In this document: in pieces, positions 55,750 through 64,000 of the stretch | How the letters are laid out: every line of letters starts with the position of its first letter | Position numbering within the stretch: position 1 is the first letter of the stretch | Source of the DNA: Octopus vulgaris | Taxonomy: Eukaryota | Assembly (NCBI GenBank): GCA_951406725.2 | Contig: OX597833.1 | Location: 67,270,001 to 67,334,000 of the forward strand | Length of the DNA stretch: 64,000 nt | Reading direction: 5' to 3' | Program-made: the position numbers and the translations under genes | The notes under the pieces: model-generated | Database searches by the model: none | Seen by the model: the letters and a program-made list of their open reading frames with translations, nothing else | Told to the model about the DNA's origin: nothing

Positions 55750-55816
<67 letters not shown>

Positions 55817-55817
55817 T

Positions 55818-56020
55818 AAAGAAGTTGGACACAGTAAGGGAAAGACCTTAAAATTTCAAACAAATTTATTCTGAAATTGGGTAGGACTGCCTGTGTCAGT
55901 AATTATAGAATTAATTCTACGATCTATGGTCTCGTACAAAGTTTGAATTGTTTCCAAATTAATTTTTCTCCATTTCTCAGCTAAAACAATCTCCAGTTCT
56001 TGTAGTGATGATGGGGAAGT
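55818..56020 (-). mobile_element. Tc1-like transposon 3' end
   Basis: PSSLQELEIVLAEKWRKINLETIQTLYETIDRRINSIITDTGSPTQF. Terminal GAAGTTGGAC resembles the TIR at 33860. Confidence 0.8.
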
Positions 56021-56508
56021 TTCTCTTAAAAGCTCCTTAACCGTTAAAAAGTACCTGGGGACTGTGGTCACCGGAGGGAATGTACAACTTCACTAGAAGG
56101 ACAGGGAAAACAAACAAGAATGGCTGCTAAGCCTCAACGAGGTTGTGGTGGTGAACGCGTAAATCAAACTTGGAATGGAGACAGACAAGTATCCTGATTG
56201 TGTTACCAATTTCGACTTTACGGAAAATCCCAAATTTTATTTAATTTGCTTTCCGGGAGCAACTGTTTTATATTGTTGTTAAATGATCGAAATACGAGAG
56301 TAGAAAAACAACCAAAAACTGATCAAGGGTCGTTCTTTATGTTGTTTGTTTTGTTTTCATTTGTGTCTTTCGTTGTTCGAGAAAATAGTTCATGTTCCAT
56401 GTATTCGTACTTCGTGTGTTTTGTTGTAAACGTTTCGTGACATCCCGTGTCCACATATGCACATATATAGGTATAAATGTAAGTATATACATATACGTAT
56501 TATATATG

Positions 56509-56579
<71 letters not shown>

Positions 56580-56814
56580 GTGTGTGTGTGTATGTGTATA
56601 CATTCATATGAAAACGGTCGACTATATAAATATTAGGAAATGCAATGCTTAGCTAGTCAACCGATCTCGCTGGAGCTAACCATGATGAAGAAATTAATCA
56701 TCTTTTAGCAATTCATGATACCAAATTTCATTCCATGTTAGTAAGACGAAGGATAATTTGTAAACGGAAGGGGAGGCAATTACATTTTGGGGGAGGTAAT
56801 CAGTGATAGTTATA

Positions 56815-56965
56815 GGCACAGCGTGGCTCTGTGGTATAAAGCTTACTTCCAAAACACATACACATATTTCCGAGTTCAGACCCACTGTGTGGCACATTAG
56901 CCAAGTGTCTACTACTATAGCCTTACGCCGACCAACAACTTGGTAGACAGAAATTGAAAGAAGCA
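56815..56965 (+). mobile_element. Degenerate family A SINE, 5' half
   Basis: GTGGCTCTGTGGTA..GAGTTCAGACCCACTG..TTGGTAGACAGAAATTGAAAGAAGC. Confidence 0.6.
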
Positions 56966-56989
56966 CTTTGTACATATTCATACATACTT

Positions 56990-57168
56990 ACATTATGGCT
57001 GCCTCCTCGTTATCGAGTATGGCCATTGCACGAAGCTTAACTGTTACTGGTGCTGTGATCGAATGTGACTTTTTAGCCCAGCTAAAGATCTACAATGTCT
57101 TGTACAAAATTGGCAACTAAGACCTTTACTGGTAATAGCCGGCTGTAGTTGTAACTGGGCTTCATCAT
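56990..57168 (-). mobile_element. 3' end of an RTE-clade LINE (C-terminal zinc-finger-like motif and short UTR)
   Basis: [25 protein letters not shown] followed by a ~50-nt UTR and TA/TAC-type repeats. 5'-truncated against (TACA)n. Confidence 0.6.
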
Positions 57169-57490
57169 ACATACATACATACATACATACATACATACAT
57201 ACATACATACATACATACATACATACATTCATACATATACATATATATATATATGTATGTCTTCGTTTGTCCCTCTACCATCACTTAAGAGCGTATGTTG
57301 ATAGGTTTACGCGCTCACAACTATATATATGTATATATGCAATGCACAATATATATTTTCACTAATGAAATGGTATTCATAAAAATGTTCGTTAATTGAT
57401 CAGTCTACAGATTACATATTAAAACAAAACAAAACAATGGGGCCTAATGTATAATCCGATGCAGTTGAAATCCAGTAAATTTCCTCGCTT

Positions 57491-57525
<35 letters not shown>

Positions 57526-57544
57526 AATATCAGTATAGTTTTTT

Positions 57545-57705
57545 TTCATTCTCGCTCTCTTTAGTTTCTGTTATTCCTTTCTGTTGAAGAGCGTAGGCTC
57601 GAAATGTAAAAGACTTTTTCAATTTCCCGAGCATCAAACTAATACACTTGTTTGTCGTTTATACTGTTGCCTTTGTCTTTTGCTTTTCAATAAATGTCAA
57701 CTATA
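57545..57705 (+). mobile_element. Short element with a variant minimal hammerhead motif (same family as 16130)
   Basis: CCTTT-CTGTTGA-A-GAGC GTAG GCTC-GAAAT-GTA-AAAGA. Ends in (TA)n. Confidence 0.62.
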
Positions 57706-58442
57706 TATATATATCTAGATGTGTATATATATATATATATAAATAGATATAAAGACGTGGTTTTCCGTATTGTGTTTGCCGAAATCTGCAGATATACTCT
57801 GTAGGGCAGAATCTCCATGATACTGACGCTATTATTTATACATTCGTATCACATATCAGTCTGTATTCCACTGTTGGTAATCGATATATCGATAAATGCG
57901 TCTATGTCAAAGATGACATCTAAATTCCACCCATAGACAAAAATAGGAACTACCTATCCGTAAATAGATTCAGATTAAAAGAGATCCACAGACTTTATCT
58001 ACATGAGAGCGCTATTAGAACCTTCAACATTTTTATGAATTGAACATATTTTTATTCTTAGTTTCGCCTGAAACAGAAAATTAATTTTCAAGCAAAAAGA
58101 AATATAAAATTACATATATATATATATATATATATATAAATATTAAATGCTGCATATGTATACATATGTGTGCGCGAGTGTGTGAATTTATACCTGCAAG
58201 CCTTAATATATATATATATGTGTGTGTGTGTGCGTGTGTGTATGAGTGAAGGAGACATTCCTAATAAATATCTTCCATTATATTTATAACGATATAATAT
58301 TCATCAATGCTTTTCCAAATTGACACATCGTTGCATTTAAGTAAATACGTAAATAAAAAACATACATACATTCATATACGTACATTTATTTATATATATA
58401 TATATTTATATTTATATATATTCATATACATATACATAGACG

Positions 58443-58481
<39 letters not shown>

Positions 58482-58638
58482 GTTTCTGTCTGTGCGCGTG
58501 TATAGTGCACTTGCATATCAAGATATATAGGTGTATAGACAAATGCATAAAACTTAAGAATAAATAACTTGCTCAAAGTTTCATAATAGCATTTTTAAAA
58601 GCTACTCATAAAAATTTCCACATTATTATAATTCCAGC

Positions 58639-58707
<69 letters not shown>

Positions 58708-58952
58708 GTTGTTGTTGTTGTTGTTGCTGTTGTTTTTGTTCTTGTTAGTGTTGCTGTTGCTGTTGTCATTATTCGAAAATCGTTTCTTTTAGATTTTTAA
58801 AATGTTTCGCAACATTACTAAACCTACTTGCTGCCTGATCGTAATTTAAGCAAAGTCAAGCAATATAAACGAGTTGATTAAAACACAATATATAATATAT
58901 ATATATATATATATATACATACATATATATATACATATATATATATATATCA

Positions 58953-59033
<81 letters not shown>

Positions 59034-59132
59034 TCAATAAATATATATATATATATATACATAAATATATATATATATATATATATATATCAATAAATAT
59101 ATATCAATAAATATATATATATATATACATAT

Positions 59133-59188
<56 letters not shown>

Positions 59189-59189
59189 G

Positions 59190-59224
<35 letters not shown>

Positions 59225-59339
59225 CTATATCTCTGTCTATCCATCCATCTATCTATTAATCTATCTATCTATCTATATATCTATCTATCTATTCTATCTA
59301 TCTATCTTTCAATCATCTATCAATTTATGCACATTCAGA

Positions 59340-59399
<60 letters not shown>

Positions 59400-59714
59400 C
59401 ATATAGATATGTGTGTGTGTACAACAAAACTATATTTAATGCAAGACAATGTCTACATAACGTATTCGATGAAGAAACATCAACAAGATAAAGTAAATAA
59501 AACTGCAAATTCCAAAACCACACTTATGTATATTAAAGCATAGAATCAAATATGCCTCCGCTGCGTCTTATAAAAATATTATTCGTCCTCTTCTTACATT
59601 TCTATCTTTTGTTTTATGGTTTCTTTCTTTCCTCACAGAATGATTCCTACTTTTTTCTTTGTGGTTTCAATTTTGGTTTTGTTCCATCGTTTGCGCGAAA
59701 TTTCTGTTAGTGAT

Positions 59715-59845
59715 TCTCTTCTTCTGCTGCTGCTGCTGCTGCTGCTGCTTCTTCTTCTTCTTCTTCTTCTTCTTCTTCTTCTTCTTCTTCTTCTTCTTCT
59801 TCTTCTTCTTCTTCTTTTCTTCTTCTTCTTCCTTCTTCTTCTTCT

Positions 59846-59892
<47 letters not shown>

Positions 59893-60126
59893 TTCTTCTT
59901 TTTCTTCTCCTCCTCCTTCCTCTTCTTCTTCTTCTTCTTCTCTTCTTCTTCTTTAACTTCTCCCTTTTCTCCCCCTCCTCCTCCTCTTCTTTCTTCTTCT
60001 TCTTCTTCTTCTTCTACTTCTTCTTCTTCCCCTTTCTTAATCTTCTTCTTCTTCTTCTTCTTCTTCTTCTTCTTCTTCTTCTACTTCTCCTTTTTCTCCC
60101 CCTCTTTCTCTTCCTCCACTTCTTCC

Positions 60127-60176
<50 letters not shown>

Positions 60177-60205
60177 TTCTTCTTCTTCTTCTTCTACGTC
60201 TTCAT
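59715..60205. repeat. (CTG)n/(CTT)n polypyrimidine microsatellite
   Basis: Direct reading. Confidence 0.95.
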
Positions 60206-60349
60206 CTTGATGGTGTTGTTATTATTGTTATTATCATTTTTCTTCGTGCGTTGTAATCCGTCCTATGATATTGTCTGCCATGTCTCGCCCCTTGTCGCCA
60301 ATAAAAAGATATAATCATCAGTATCATTAACCTTCATCAACCTTATTCT

Positions 60350-60359
60350 CATTTATTAA

Positions 60360-60434
<75 letters not shown>

Positions 60435-60516
60435 CATTATTATGTAAATCTGCACATCTGTTGTTCTACTGTCACACTTACCTTTTACCCTGGAGCCAAA
60501 TAAACGAACTCGGCAG

Positions 60517-60561
<45 letters not shown>

Positions 60562-60677
60562 TATAATTATAATTCTAATATTAATAATAATAATGATAAT
60601 GATGACGATGATGATGATGATGATGATGTTGTTCATGTTGATGGTCACTCTTGTTATGTCTATTGTCGTTTCTTTTG

Positions 60678-60713
<36 letters not shown>

Positions 60714-60750
60714 ACGTCATCGTCATCATCATCATCATCATCATCACCTC
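60350..60750. repeat. Mixed (TTA)n, (AAT)n, (GAT)n and (CAT)n tracts
   Basis: Direct reading. Confidence 0.9.
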
Positions 60751-61063
60751 TACCTGTTTTATCTTTTAATCCTTTTTTGCACACACAGAACAGTATTCAG
60801 ATAGTACATGGCATTCTTGTAATGGAACCTAAGGAGATGTTTTGTTTATGCAAATATGTCGAACGTGACAATTACTGACAGTTTATCCGACACCTTCTTA
60901 TACTGTATCTTTCATACGTTTGAAATACAAAAAAAAATGTTTACATTCATTTGTCTGTGGATTACTTCGCTTCATTCTCTTTGTTTATATGTGAAACAAC
61001 CAACGAAAGACTTGTACGTGTTTTATACATACTTACATATACATACATATATACATACATACA

Positions 61064-61156
<93 letters not shown>

Positions 61157-61277
61157 ATATATATGTTCCAAGTCGGTTTTCCAATCTTAAACATCTGCAT
61201 TGATATAATCAGTTTATTCCAATATCAAAACCCGGTATCAAGTTTGGTTACTCTCTTCATTTTTTGATCATTAAAAA

Positions 61278-61674
61278 TATCATCATCCTCATCCTCATCA
61301 TCATCATCATCATCACCACCACTACCAGCATCATCATCGCCGTCGTCATCATCATCATCATCATCACCATCACCATCACCATCATCATCATCATCATCAT
61401 CATAATTATCATCATCATCATCATCGTCTTCATCATCATCATCATCATCATCATCAATATTGTTGTTGTTGTTATTACAGTTATTAATATTATAGTTATC
61501 ATTATTATTATCGTTTTCGTCATTGGTGTTTCTATTATAATTACTATCATTATTGGTATTGTTGTCATTATTATCATTATCAATATTATTATTGTTCTTA
61601 CTGTTGTTATTATCATCGTTCTGTCATTATTAATATTATTATTATTATTATTGTTGTTATTATTATTGTGGCAG

Positions 61675-61707
<33 letters not shown>

Positions 61708-61726
61708 TTACTATTATTATTATTAT
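61278..61726. repeat. (CAT)n/(TTA)n low-complexity tract
   Basis: Direct reading. Confidence 0.9.
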
Positions 61727-62113
61727 TCTGTCTAGAAGTGAAGATTACATGCGTGATTTACTTACAGATATTTTGAGGACGGTCGTGTTGAAAAAAGCTA
61801 TCAGTGGTACAGTTGTTTTCTGGTGTTGCTATTTGTAGGCGTGAATTTATTTGCGGTGATGGCGGGCGCCATTTCGGTGTTGACGGTGTTAAAAGTCTTG
61901 TTTAAAATATTGTGGTAACCGAATAACATATGCTTCGGCCAAATACGTGATTTCCAAGTCGAAGTCGGCACAAGAAACCATTGTTCGTTGTGAAATTCAG
62001 CAACGTCTGTGACGGAGCAAAAGCTATATATATATATACATAATATATATGTATGTATGTATGCACGTATGTGTATGGACATGTGTGTGTATTATATACA
62101 TACATATATATTC

Positions 62114-62169
<56 letters not shown>

Positions 62170-62211
62170 GTACATACATATATATACATATATATATATG
62201 TACATACATAT

Positions 62212-62253
<42 letters not shown>

Positions 62254-62719
62254 TATATATTTCTCATATATAAATACACTCGTCTCGTCTGATTCCACTG
62301 TTTGTCTTGGGCTATCGATATCCTATTCATTTGAGGAAAATAAAACCCAGGCATGACATTTTGCCTGTTAGAACTTCGAGTTTTTAACATATTATTTCAA
62401 AAGAAACTTCTTTTGAGAGACAAATTAAAGTCCGCGGCAAATCCTGTTGTTGACCTTGGTGTTTTTTACATTCAGGTCAGTTCTAGTTGTGCAGAAATAA
62501 GAGCTAAATTGGTCGATCATTCAAAAATTATTGGGGGTAGTTAACGATTGTTATTTTACGACGTTTTAACCTTTCTGACATCTACCGCCAAATTTCACAT
62601 TTATCTTAAGCGGGATCGTAGAATTATAATGTGAATTATGACACTGATATAAATTCTATTTACAAATACACACACAGACACACAAACATTCACACACGCA
62701 CACATACATATTTCATCTC

Positions 62720-62900
62720 TAGCTTGTTTCAATGACTAGACTGCGGCCATGCTGTAGCAACACCTTGATGAATTCCAGTCGGTGGAAACGTACCCAATAC
62801 GTTTGTGTAAGGCTGGTGTTTATTCTATCGTTTCCTTTTGCCGATGCGATTGTTAAGTGCAAACGTGAGACACAAACACACGCACACACAGACACCTCAC
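62720..62900 (-). mobile_element. Degenerate family A SINE, tail half
   Basis: CTTGTTTCAATGACTAGACTGCGGCCATGCTG..TTATTCTATCG..TTTTGCCGA. Confidence 0.6.
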
Positions 62901-63965
62901 ACACACATATGTAACTTTTAACAGAGGTCCTCGAAGTAGATGAGGCTACAAATAACAGCGTATAGAATCTTGAATCAAGGAAATATTTTGGATTCTTTAT
63001 TTCCGTATTTCCCCGACTAACACGAATCCACGTCTTCTGTAAACACGGCAGACCTAGTTCTAACCATTATACCGAAGCAATATTTCGAATGTTTAACGTT
63101 CCATTATGTATAGCTTCATTCACTTCGAGACACACCGTTAACAATATTATACCACATGTTTCTCGACAAAAGTAAACACACACACACACACATACATATT
63201 GATAACTATAGTAATTCATATAGATATATTCATATTTATACATAGATCTATTCATATGTGTGTGCGTGCGTGTATGTGTGGTAATACGTGGGTTACTGTT
63301 TAGGGTGTCCCACTCTTGGGCCTTTAGCGTTGCTCCAGACGTCTTAGCTAGCAATATTGAGCGATCCTGCGATTGAACACCGTCATCTCAAGGTGGAGCA
63401 GGGTATATAGACGCCACATATTTATAGCATTATAGAAACAGCCTAAGGAACATGTACTCTTGGAAATGGCTTATATATAGCTTATATAATAGCTCTCTTT
63501 CTCTATCTATCTATATATATATATTCACACATACAGAAGAGTTTGCGTATTCTTGTGTAGACGTTGCAAAAAAAAGTATACCAGTTTCACTGTGGTGGCA
63601 TGAGAACAGAAAGTCATTCTCGCGTGAGCAGGAACATATTGGTAAGTTTGTTAAAACCATCATCACTACAATAACACAAACACGGAGACTTTTTTTTAAT
63701 GGTTATTTTCATTTCCGTGCTCGAAGACAGAATAATTCGATTCAATGCAATAGTCCTTCCCCATAAGAAGAAAACAGCTAAAATAGAACAAAAATAGAAA
63801 CAAAAAAAAAAGAACCGGGTAATAATAATAGTAGTGATGAAGATCATAATAATAATAATGATAGTACTACTACTACTACTACTACTAATAATAATAATAA
63901 TAATTATAATAATAATAATAACAATAATAGTAATTTTAATAATAATAATAATAATAATAATAGTA

Positions 63966-64000
<35 letters not shown>

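Noticed and set aside
57044-57130. Exon of a host C2H2 zinc-finger gene
   Set aside because: A single atypical finger at a stop codon with no TGEKP linker, followed by a short UTR and repeat tail. It fits an RTE LINE C-terminus better.

Overview
This is eukaryotic, AT-rich, microsatellite-saturated non-coding DNA. The SINE families and the simple-repeat landscape point to a coleoid cephalopod, probably Octopus (an inference from recalled repeat families, not a database match). I see no intact host protein-coding gene: nearly all supplied ORFs are translations of (TA)n, (CA)n, (AAT)n and (GAA)n tracts or of SINE sequence. The window holds many copies of four tRNA-derived SINE families, including a five-unit tandem SINE array with one target-site duplication. 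It also holds decayed Tc1/mariner, Helitron, R4/Dong-type, CR1-like and RTE-like fragments. The most striking signal is a dense set of non-coding elements carrying type I hammerhead-ribozyme (HHR) motifs with minimal stem III, most of them set in (TA)n tracts. Several have a greatly extended stem II and are arranged as long fold-back or tandem-plus-inverted structures, as in Penelope-like pseudo-LTRs and retrozymes. One family also has a second conserved structured motif downstream of the hammerhead. All pairings, alignments and translations were done by eye.
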